DNA from: Gemmatimonadota bacterium
GTDB lineage: Bacteria; GCA-2686955
Length of the DNA stretch: 32,246 nucleotides
Direction of reading: 5' to 3'
Assembly (NCBI GenBank): GCA_026991065.1
Contig: JALXCG010000886.1
Coordinates: forward strand, 1-32,246
Shown: positions 1-8,332 of the stretch, piece by piece
Numbering within the stretch: position 1 is the stretch's first letter
Layout of the letters: every line of letters starts with the position of its first letter
Made by a program: the position numbers and the translations under genes
The notes under the pieces: generated by a model
The model's database searches: none
The model's input: only the letters and a program-made list of their open reading frames with translations
What the model was told of the DNA's origin: nothing

Positions 1-2667
1 GAGGGAAAAGGAAATCGACGCATCGTTGCCTTCGACTCCGGCGATCAGCTGCTGCCTTTCGCTGTCGAAAAACCGCTTCATGGCCATGGTTAAATCAAGC
101 TCAACCGCCCCAAGGGCCGTGTCGAGGCGCTGCTCGAGATCTGTGCGCAGGGCGCGGTCGTGTTCACGCAAAAGACGCTGGATGCTTACTGATCCCCAAA
201 AGATGATCGGAAAAACCGCAACAGCGACGATTGCGAGCATGAGGCGAACACGGAAGAGCCCCAGTAACCGTGGAATCCGGCGAAAATATCCACTACCCAG
301 GGCGAGCAGAAGAGCGAGAACCAGGAAGACGGCGCCGTGAACTGCGACCGAATTCAGCGCCAGAGTAACGATGTCCCCTCGCAGCCCCACCGGCAGTCCG
401 ATCCCCAGAACCTGGCCATCCGGTTGCAGGGTCCAGTAGATGCGGTAGCTTCGGTTGTCCAGCAGTACTTCCCGCCATCCTCCCGGTCGACCGTCATGTA
501 CTGGGTCGAAGAGACCTTTGGTTTCCGCGGGTAGGAGATCACCAATCGGGGCATCGGATGCATTGGAATCAACCAAAACACCGTTGCGATAGCGAAGCAC
601 GATTGGGTCGGCCCCCCAACGGGAGAGACGATGAGTAAGTTCGCCGCTGGCGGACCCCACCAAATCCGGACCGTCCGGGAGAATTGCGACGCTCACCTGG
701 CCGAGCGGCTTTCCGTCTGCCTCAACGTAGGCGGTCGCGACCAACACATCCCATTCTCTCTGCCCTACTCTGCTGACTGCACGCCGGGTGGTTATCCCTT
801 CGGTGGAATCAGGGAGAGCCCAGATTGGCCCGGTAAGGTGCCCCGGCATGTCGATTCTGAACTGCGATACCAGGCGCCCGTCCACATCCCGGATCTGAAT
901 CTGGGAAGGACGACGCCCGAGAACGAGAGCCGACGCCATCCAGGCATGGAAGGCTGCACTGTCACCGGACTTCCCGCTGGCAAGGGCGCTCTGTATCTCT
1001 CCATCCGCGAGCATGTCGTCGACGACGCTTTCCAGAAGAGAGATGTCGAGGCTTTGGCGGTGCCACGTTCGGCGCGCCTGTTCTTCGGCAAAGTACTCAT
1101 AGTCGCGCGCTTGCTGTCTCTGTAGTTCTGCAGCGCTGGCCAAGCCGACAAGGACGGCGGAGATGATCAAGGCTGGACTGAGAATCGAGCGATGCTCAAG
1201 CAGAGCCTGTGCAACAGGCCACACGACAAGAACCGCCAAAGCCAACAGCCATGCCGCGGGTGTCGCGACACCCGCCGCGAACAGTATGGTGACCGACAAA
1301 ATCGGCCCCCGCGGTAGGTGCTCGCGCCGCTTGGAAAGCGCTGCCGAGAACAGGATCTGGGCTGCAACAATTACGATCAGTACGGCCGCACCAAAGAGGG
1401 CGACAGAAGCTCCGACTGCAAGAATCGCCGGATCCTCCAGGGCCGTAATGTCCACAAATGGCGGACGACCGGCGGCAGCTGCAAAAGCCGCGGTCCAGGA
1501 TCTCCACAGAAACGCTGCACCTGCGACTACCGCCAATGCCAGAGGTGCGAAGATGAGGGGCAGCGATTCGGGCGTTTCTGAAACTCGCCGCACAAGTCGG
1601 TGGAGTCCAAGCGCGAGGCCAACACTGAGGAAGAGAAACGTGAGAGCCGCATCGCCGGGACTGCCCAGCAGTTGCCCCATTCGGGGGGGCCAGTCCGGCG
1701 GCAAGAGGACCGCGAACTCCACGGGATCCCAGATCGACTCTCCCGGAATCTGCATGTTTAGCAGAAGCAAACGCAGCAGCGCCAATACGGTCCACGCCGT
1801 GAGCAGGCCGCTGAAGCTCTCGTCATTGCGCACGAGACGAATCAGCAAGAAAAGTGCGAGCAAGCCGCCGAGGAGTTGGGTGCGGGTCTGGTGGCGAGGT
1901 CCCTGCGTTCGTCCGGGGTGCAGAGTGGAGAACGGCGGAAGAAGGGAATCCGGCAGAACCCAGGACGTCTTGGTAGTATCAATCGGAATGCAGAGCCGCG
2001 GCAGGCTCCAACCCTCAATCTGCGGCAAAGGCGGACGAATACCCGAGTCGTCAAAAGGCGCCGACAGCGTGAGCGGTCGGAGGACCTCAACCCCGCCCCC
2101 TCTTATTGGGAAATATGCGCGAACCACGCCCATCGGCTCGCCTGGCTCAATTCGAACGTGGGCGGTCGTGTCGATCGTGGATGCCTGATCGCCAAGCGCC
2201 AAAAGCGGCGTCCAGCCATTCCAAGCCAAAGCTTCACCTTGCCGATCTCGAACCACGCTGAGCACGGCATCCGCGGTGGAAGCTTCAGGAGCCAGAGACG
2301 CAAGGTCATCAAAGAGGGAGATTCGCTCTCCGGCTACAACGGCATCTCGCAACCAGGGATCGGTAGCAATCCACTGGGCATCTTCAATGGTGTGGAGAAC
2401 GGCATCCTGAAAAGCGCCGCCGGGGCCAAGGATTTCATCGCGTGGTCCTGCTCCCATGAATCCCGCCACTGCAACAGCCAGGGCACAGACTCCTGCAAAC
2501 CGTGGCATGCCGAGCGTGGATAACCCCGCAAAAAGAGCGAATGCTCCCCAAAGAGCCAGCCCCACCGGAAAATTCCCCGGCCAGGCCCAAGGAAAGAGAG
2601 AGAGCAACAGAAGTGCCGTTCCGACCCCATAAAAGGAACGACTGGAGCTTGAGGATATGCTTTGCAA
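1..2667 (-). CDS. Large polytopic membrane protein, probable NtrY-like sensor histidine kinase (N-terminal part only; runs off left edge)
   Basis: Manually translated: stop-free frame from 2706 to position 1, probable TTG start at 2667 (MQSISSSSSRSFYGVGTALLLL...). Many hydrophobic TM segments alternate with soluble domains (WDPVEFA...LLGSPGDAALT; AFHAWMASAL...SQIQIRDVDGRLVSQF; LFRVRLMLAIVAVAVFPIIFWG). ORF is secure; kinase function is inferred because HAMP/HisKA/HATPase would lie outside the window. Confidence 0.65.
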   Translation of the reverse strand, partial: MQSISSSSSRSFYGVGTALLLLSLFPWAWPGNFPVGLALWGAFALFAGLSTLGMPRFAGVCALAVAVAGFMGAGPRDEILGPGGAFQDAVLHTIEDAQWIATDPWLRDAVVAGERISLFDDLASLAPEASTADAVLSVVRDRQGEALAWNGWTPLLALGDQASTIDTTAHVRIEPGEPMGVVRAYFPIRGGGVEVLRPLTLSAPFDDSGIRPPLPQIEGWSLPRLCIPIDTTKTSWVLPDSLLPPFSTLHPGRTQGPRHQTRTQLLGGLLALFLLIRLVRNDESFSGLLTAWTVLALLRLLLLNMQIPGESIWDPVEFAVLLPPDWPPRMGQLLGSPGDAALTFLFLSVGLALGLHRLVRRVSETPESLPLIFAPLALAVVAGAAFLWRSWTAAFAAAAGRPPFVDITALEDPAILAVGASVALFGAAVLIVIVAAQILFSAALSKRREHLPRGPILSVTILFAAGVATPAAWLLALAVLVVWPVAQALLEHRSILSPALIISAVLVGLASAAELQRQQARDYEYFAEEQARRTWHRQSLDISLLESVVDDMLADGEIQSALASGKSGDSAAFHAWMASALVLGRRPSQIQIRDVDGRLVSQFRIDMPGHLTGPIWALPDSTEGITTRRAVSRVGQREWDVLVATAYVEADGKPLGQVSVAILPDGPDLVGSASGELTHRLSRWGADPIVLRYRNGVLVDSNASDAPIGDLLPAETKGLFDPVHDGRPGGWREVLLDNRSYRIYWTLQPDGQVLGIGLPVGLRGDIVTLALNSVAVHGAVFLVLALLLALGSGYFRRIPRLLGLFRVRLMLAIVAVAVFPIIFWGSVSIQRLLREHDRALRTDLEQRLDTALGAVELDLTMAMKRFFDSERQQLIAGVEGNDASISFSL

Positions 2668-2839
2668 GGAACCACCGGTAGCTAAAGAGGGTGCTCGCGG
2701 TCAACCTCAGCGGTATGGTGAACCAGCCCGACAACCCTCGCTAGAAGTCTGTCGCATATTGCCTTTCGAGGACTTAGCAACGCAGAGATCGGAGCAGGGA
2801 CGAGTGCGGCGCGACAAGAAGACAATGCGCGACAGGCTC

Positions 2840-3415
2840 CTAAGGGCGAGATGCGGAGCGGATCTCATCTATAACCCACAACCCCGCCTCCTTGCGCAAG
2901 GAAACAACCAACCGGACGCGGTGCGAACCACCGTTGCGTTCATCAACATAGAGCCAGTCACAAATCCCGTGGGGTGCATCCGCGTGTGGACGATAGCGCT
3001 TCAGCGTGAATGCGCGGGTGTCGGTTCTAGCAAAAATCCGCTTAAACAGAAAACGCACCTGTGCCGGTCCATATTCGCCGGCCCGGGCAATGGCTCCCAC
3101 ATCAATCGAGACCCGCCGGTCTCCAAAGACTGAAAGCAGAGTCGGCAGATCTTCCCCCGCCCAAGCTTGGGAAAACCCGCTCAGTGTTTGGCGGGGGCTG
3201 GCTGATCGAGCCCCCGAATCCGGGGAGACTCGGGGCGAATGCTTGTTAGGCAGGAGGGACTTCTGCTGTCCGGTCACGGCCGGAGCACGCCTTGGTGATG
3301 TCGGTTGCGGCTGCGCGTTCCCTTGTGAGGGGTGTGCAAGAGCCACCAAGACCGCAAACATTCCATAGGCGCCGATGCGAAAGAGAAATCCGCTCATGCT
3401 CAATAGATAATGCAT
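2840..3415 (-). CDS. DUF4783-like exported protein (NTF2-like fold)
   Basis: Start moved to ATG 3415 (purine-rich GAGGATGGGG upstream, avoids secF overlap); signal peptide, Pro/Ser linker, then GEDLPTLLSVFGDRRVSI...EYGPAQVRFLFKRIF...LRKEAGLWVIDEIR resembling DUF4783. Confidence 0.6.
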   Translation of the reverse strand: MHYLLSMSGFLFRIGAYGMFAVLVALAHPSQGNAQPQPTSPRRAPAVTGQQKSLLPNKHSPRVSPDSGARSASPRQTLSGFSQAWAGEDLPTLLSVFGDRRVSIDVGAIARAGEYGPAQVRFLFKRIFARTDTRAFTLKRYRPHADAPHGICDWLYVDERNGGSHRVRLVVSLRKEAGLWVIDEIRSASRP

Positions 3416-3447
3416 CCGGCCCCCATCCTCAACCGACGACAAACACT

Positions 3448-4386
3448 CTACGCCCGGCTCTTGGCTCGCGGCATCTTCACCGGTGCGATGTTTCGGGGCT
3501 TGTGTTGGTCCCACTCATAGAGCAGCGGGCTCGCCACGAAAATGGAGGAATAGGTTCCCACAATCACACCCGTGAAAAGAGCCATCGCAAAATCCTGAAT
3601 CACCTCACCACCAAGGATAAGCAGAGTCGTAACCGGGAGTAACGTGGTCAGCGAAGTGATCACTGTACGGCTCAATGTGCGATTGATGGAGATGTTCAGA
3701 ATGTCGATGTAAGGCTTCCGACGCATGAGCTTGGCATCCTCGCGAATGCGATCAAAGACGACGATGGTGTCATTCAGCGAGTAGCCGACAATGGTGAGCA
3801 GCGCGGCAACTACCGGCAAGCTGATCTCATGTCCGAGCAGCATCAAAGTGCCAACCACGACCAGGACATCGTGAGTCAGGGTTACGATGGCTGAGATGCC
3901 GAAACGAAACTCGAAACGGAAGGTGATGTAGGCAATGATCGCCAAGAGAGCCAGAGTGATTGCGGTAAAAGCCTGGCTCTTGAGTTCTGCCCCTACTTTC
4001 GGCCCGACCATGTCCGCGGAGAGCGTTTCCACAGTGGGGTCAATCCGTTCGCGAAGAGACTGGACGATCGCATTGCTGCGGTCTTCACTGGTTTCTACTT
4101 CTTCCACAGGGACTCGAATCAGAACTTCACGACCATCCCCCACCGTCTGCACTTCCGCTCCGTCAATCTGCGTCGCATCGATCGCCGCTCGAACATCCTC
4201 AATCGCCGGCGGTTCGGAAAAATTGACTCGCAAAGCAAGCCCCCCTGCGAAGTCAATGCCATAGCGAAGACCGCCATTCATGACTATGGAACTCATGCCA
4301 ACGAGGATGATCAGGGCAGACACCACATAGGCGATGCGGCGCTTCCCAATGAAGTCAATGTGTGTGTTTTTGAATAGCTGAAGCAT
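3448..4386 (-). CDS. secF: Protein translocase subunit SecF
   Basis: GIDFAGG, VGPKVGAEL, GYSLNDTIVVFDRIRE, GTYSSIFVASP motifs; follows secD. Confidence 0.98.
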   Translation of the reverse strand: MLQLFKNTHIDFIGKRRIAYVVSALIILVGMSSIVMNGGLRYGIDFAGGLALRVNFSEPPAIEDVRAAIDATQIDGAEVQTVGDGREVLIRVPVEEVETSEDRSNAIVQSLRERIDPTVETLSADMVGPKVGAELKSQAFTAITLALLAIIAYITFRFEFRFGISAIVTLTHDVLVVVGTLMLLGHEISLPVVAALLTIVGYSLNDTIVVFDRIREDAKLMRRKPYIDILNISINRTLSRTVITSLTTLLPVTTLLILGGEVIQDFAMALFTGVIVGTYSSIFVASPLLYEWDQHKPRNIAPVKMPRAKSRA

Positions 4387-4419
4387 GGGTCGCTCTCTCG
4401 AATGCGCGGGCCGAAGGAA

Positions 4420-6156
4420 TCAGATGCTCAGGCGGCGCAAACGCCCGGTGCTGTAAAGGAAATCGAAGGCGAGGCGGGAACAGTAGACGGCAGTGAAAAC
4501 ACTCGTGATGATGCCGATCATCAGGGTGATCGCAAAACCGCGAATTGGTCCCGATCCGTAGTAGAAGAGAATCAAGCCTGTAAGGAACGTGGTGATATTG
4601 GCATCGAGAATCGTGGTGAGTGCGCGCTCATAACCGGCTTGAATCGATGCGTAGACTGATTTCCCGGTGCGGAACTCCTCGCGAATCCGCTCGAAAATCA
4701 ACACATTGGCATCTACCGCCATGCCCATCGTCAACACGATTCCGGCAATGCCGGGTAAAGTCAGGGTGGCATTGAACAGTGCGAGCGCAGCCAGAACCAG
4801 AATCACGTTCATCAGGAGAACGATATTGGCGATGACTCCGGAAGCGCGATAGTAGATCACCATGAATGCCACAACGCAGATCAAACCGAAGAGCCCGGCG
4901 TTGGTTCCGGCCTTGATGGAGTCATGTCCAAGAGTAGAGCCAACCGTCCGCTCTTCAACCACGTGGATCGGAGCCGGCAACGCCCCGCTGCGCAGAACCA
5001 CCGCAAGGTCATTGGCTTCATCTACGGTAAAGCCGCCTTCAATCTGCGACCTTCCATCCGGAATCCGAACCCGCAAACTGGGCGCCGACCGAACCTTACC
5101 GTCAAGAACAATGGCCAACTGCCGGCCGGTGTTTTCGCCTGTTATCTGCGCGAACCGCTTCACATACTCCGGCTTGAAGGTGAGCGAAACAACCGGTTCA
5201 TTAAAGCTTCGCTGATCAAAAGTCATGCTCGCTTTGGCAACAGCGGCACCGGTGATCTCCGCTTCTCTCTGCAGAAGATAAAGCGGCGCATAGTTTTGGA
5301 AGGAGTTGGCTTCCGCCTTTGACCCCTTGATCACACCAAGACGAAACTCCAGTTCATCCGGCATGATGTCCGCCACCTCGGGCATGGCAAGAATCGCTTC
5401 GACCTTCTCAATGTTCTCTTCCGGAACCGCAAAACTCAAGCTGCCATCTTGGTAGCGAAAGGTTTGTAGCAGATCGAGGAAGGGATGCTCGGTTGCCCCC
5501 TGCTCCTCAGCCGGCTTCTCTTCGGTGTCCAGGTTACTGAACAGAGCCTCCATCGATGAGTCTGCATCAGAGCTGCCAAGCGCCGCCGAATCGGTCGCCG
5601 CGGCGGCAACCGCCAGAGTGTCGGCAACAGAACCATCGCCTCCGCCATCTGCGGTTTTCTTTGCTTGCTGTTCGGCGACGATTTCATCAATCACCTGAAG
5701 CAGTTCAACCGTCCTGGATGATCGTGCAACCAGTTTGAATTCCAGAAAAGCGGTCCGACGGATGATATTCTTGGCTCGCTCCGGATCATCGACTCCGGCC
5801 AACTGAACCAGAATCCGCCCTTCACCAAGCGGCTGGATGATCGGCTCTTCGACACCAAACTCGTCGATTCGATTGCGAATTACCTCGAGTGCTCTCCTGT
5901 ACGCATCGGCGGCTTCTTCTTCGGTCATGCCGCTGGCGTCCACCTCCAGCACCATGTGCATACCACCCTGGAGATCGAGCCCCAGAGAGATCGCGTTGGC
6001 CCTCATGCTTGCGTATGCATCCGGGTCGTTGGCCTGAAGTGCTGCCCGGCCATCCTCCCCCATGGCGCTCAGGCGTATGGTGGGCAAGAGCCCCAACACT
6101 GCGATGAGCAGCACGAAACCAATCACAACCAAGCGGGTCACGAGCTTCTTGTCCAT
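4420..6156 (-). CDS. secD: Protein translocase subunit SecD
   Basis: LGLDLQGG, RIDEFGVEEP, LAIVLDG, LRSGALPAP, GMAVDANVLIFERIREE, ILDANITT motifs. Confidence 0.98.
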   Translation of the reverse strand: MDKKLVTRLVVIGFVLLIAVLGLLPTIRLSAMGEDGRAALQANDPDAYASMRANAISLGLDLQGGMHMVLEVDASGMTEEEAADAYRRALEVIRNRIDEFGVEEPIIQPLGEGRILVQLAGVDDPERAKNIIRRTAFLEFKLVARSSRTVELLQVIDEIVAEQQAKKTADGGGDGSVADTLAVAAAATDSAALGSSDADSSMEALFSNLDTEEKPAEEQGATEHPFLDLLQTFRYQDGSLSFAVPEENIEKVEAILAMPEVADIMPDELEFRLGVIKGSKAEANSFQNYAPLYLLQREAEITGAAVAKASMTFDQRSFNEPVVSLTFKPEYVKRFAQITGENTGRQLAIVLDGKVRSAPSLRVRIPDGRSQIEGGFTVDEANDLAVVLRSGALPAPIHVVEERTVGSTLGHDSIKAGTNAGLFGLICVVAFMVIYYRASGVIANIVLLMNVILVLAALALFNATLTLPGIAGIVLTMGMAVDANVLIFERIREEFRTGKSVYASIQAGYERALTTILDANITTFLTGLILFYYGSGPIRGFAITLMIGIITSVFTAVYCSRLAFDFLYSTGRLRRLSI

Positions 6157-6187
6157 CTATCGAATCCAGCCTCTCGTAGATCTATGT

Positions 6188-6925
6188 CTACTCGTCGCCG
6201 GCACTGCTGCCGGCTAGCAAACGTTTCATCTGGCTTACCGCCTCGTGTAATCCAGAGAACAGGGCCCGCGCGATAATCGCATGGCCAATGTTAAGTTCTT
6301 CCATGCCGTCGATCCTGGCGACCGGGCCGACGTTCTGGTAGTCGAGTCCGTGGCCGGCATGCAGATGCATGCCCAGGGAGCAGACACGATCGGCAGCGTA
6401 GCAAAGCCGATCAAGTTCCGCTTGAGCAGAAAGTGGGTCGGTCGCATTGGCATAAGCACCGGTGTGCAGCTCAATGCCGTGGACGCCGATCCTCCAAGCA
6501 GCGTCGATCTGCGCAGGCTCGGGGTCTACAAAGACTTGCACCTGAATTCCTGCCGCGCGCAGCATCTCTACCGCAGCACCGACTCGCTCTTCCGAGCCAT
6601 GAATGTCCAGCCCACCCTCGGTGGTCAGTTCCTGCCGCCTTTCCGGGACCAGGCAGCAGTTGCGCGGCCGGACATCAACGGCGATGTCGATGACGCGTTG
6701 ATCCACCGCCAACTCGAGATTGACCGGCACTGATGCCACGCGAACAATCTCCCGCAGGTCGTGTTCCTGGACATGCCGGCGATCTTCGCGGAGATGTAGA
6801 GTGATGCCATTCGCCCCGGCATCCTCGGCGACCTGAGCAGCGCGCACCGGATCAGGTTGAGTACCGCCGCGGGCCTGGCGCAGCGTCGCCACGTGATCGA
6901 TATTCACACCGAGCCTCAGGGTCAT
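6188..6925 (-). CDS. pdxJ: Pyridoxine 5'-phosphate synthase
   Basis: LGVNIDHVATLRQAR, HLREDRRH, ELTTEGG, HAGHGL, ELNIGH; ATG 6925 overlaps upstream TGA (ATGA). Confidence 0.98.
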   Translation of the reverse strand: MTLRLGVNIDHVATLRQARGGTQPDPVRAAQVAEDAGANGITLHLREDRRHVQEHDLREIVRVASVPVNLELAVDQRVIDIAVDVRPRNCCLVPERRQELTTEGGLDIHGSEERVGAAVEMLRAAGIQVQVFVDPEPAQIDAAWRIGVHGIELHTGAYANATDPLSAQAELDRLCYAADRVCSLGMHLHAGHGLDYQNVGPVARIDGMEELNIGHAIIARALFSGLHEAVSQMKRLLAGSSAGDE

Positions 6926-8091
6926 GTCTGCTCCCCTCCGACAACAACCGATGCCGGGACCAGATTCCACACGCGGCCTTCGTTTTGCGCAAGTGTGTGA
7001 GCCAGAGCTTCATAGGTTCGGATTCGCGGGTGCCCGATGCCGATTGCTCTGCCCCGTGCTTCCGCGATCTTCGCGAGCCGTCCCAGATTATCCGAAATGG
7101 CCTCGGCATCGTCCTGCGAATCGAGAAAGATCGACGAGGCACCACAGGGAACCTGCCACCGCCGCGCCGCGCGCATGATCACGGAAGATGGGGTTGTGCG
7201 ACTGTCGACAAAAAAGAGTGCGCCTTCTTTCGCAACGGCCTGCATCAAAGCACCAACGGTGATCGAGTCACCCGTTGCCTTCGACCCCATGTGGTTGTTG
7301 ACGCCGACTGCGCATGGCACTTGCCGGAGATTGTCCCGCACAATTGCGGCAATCTGGTCGTCCGGCATCCCGGTGCAGATGGCACCCGGGCCAGGATCTT
7401 GACCTGCCAGGGCCTCCATCGGCTGGTGCATGATCACTTCGCGGCCCATTCGGTAGCAGCGCAGAGCGAGATTGCGGGCATGTGGACGCCCGGGAAGAAC
7501 TCCAAAGGTCAACCCCGGAGACAGATCCAGAAGATCCAGCACCAATGGGCTTTCGTTGTGCCCTAGATCGTCAATAATGATCGCCACCTGCGGGAGATCT
7601 GGACCCTTCAGTTCGTCGGCGGCGCTGCTCTTTTCGGGAGGAGACAGTCGGCGCAGTTGAAGATCTAGAATCGGCCTCCCCCCATGTTCGAGACGCATCT
7701 CCAAGAGCCGCCCCAGCTTACTCAACTGGCAGTCTTCTATCGTTACGGACAAACCTCGCGCTGCTTGGGCGATGGCAAGATCTACACGGGTTAGGGAAAC
7801 CGTGTCCGGCAGTGCGGCGCTCAGCAAACGAACGCCATCCTCTGTCGCGGACACCTGCGTGTGAATCGCGCTTGCCCCCACGCCAAAACGTTCCAGAACG
7901 GCGAGGATATGGGCCTCCAGGGCCTCCGCCACCGGAGTTGCTGGCTTCGGGTGACGGTTTCCCTCCAGGTGTCGGATTACTGCAACCCCCCCGATCAGCA
8001 CGAGAAACAGCGTGTACGCCAACAACGCCGCACGGCGACCTGGTGGCCGCTGCCGGGATCTTTGGCTACGAACTGTTTGTGCGCGGCGCAC
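6922..8091 (-). CDS. Divergent polysaccharide deacetylase family protein (YibQ/DUF610) with N-terminal membrane anchor
   Basis: VAIIIDDLG, HQPME, GVNNHMGS, FFVDSRT, IFLD, AIGIGHP motifs. Start set at GTG 8091 (GGGAGAG upstream) because the ORF-track ATG at 8205 overlaps the -10 box. Confidence 0.9.
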   Translation of the reverse strand: MRRAQTVRSQRSRQRPPGRRAALLAYTLFLVLIGGVAVIRHLEGNRHPKPATPVAEALEAHILAVLERFGVGASAIHTQVSATEDGVRLLSAALPDTVSLTRVDLAIAQAARGLSVTIEDCQLSKLGRLLEMRLEHGGRPILDLQLRRLSPPEKSSAADELKGPDLPQVAIIIDDLGHNESPLVLDLLDLSPGLTFGVLPGRPHARNLALRCYRMGREVIMHQPMEALAGQDPGPGAICTGMPDDQIAAIVRDNLRQVPCAVGVNNHMGSKATGDSITVGALMQAVAKEGALFFVDSRTTPSSVIMRAARRWQVPCGASSIFLDSQDDAEAISDNLGRLAKIAEARGRAIGIGHPRIRTYEALAHTLAQNEGRVWNLVPASVVVGGEQT

Positions 8092-8203
8092 CAATGGCTC
8101 TCCCTGGGGCTCTGGAACGCCCTCAGCCGCGGCAGAACGGGTGGTGTCCACTGGTCGCGGACACGCCCCCCAAGACCGCTGTGCGAAGGCGGAGGAAACA
8201 CGC

Positions 8204-8231
8204 ATTATATCGTGAGATAGGTCAAGGTCAA
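8204..8231 (-). promoter_or_regulatory. Sigma70-type promoter for the deacetylase-pdxJ-secDF operon
   Basis: Minus strand reads TTGACC-N16-TATAAT (perfect -10); the TTGACC hexamer is tandemly duplicated (8220-8231). Confidence 0.7.
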
Positions 8232-8332
8232 GCTCGACAGTCCAGAGCCGGATATCCGCCGGCGATGGCGGCCCTCCGGGTGTGACGCGCGACGGCCAGA
8301 ACCCGGCGGAATGCAGAGGCCAAGCCGTGCCG

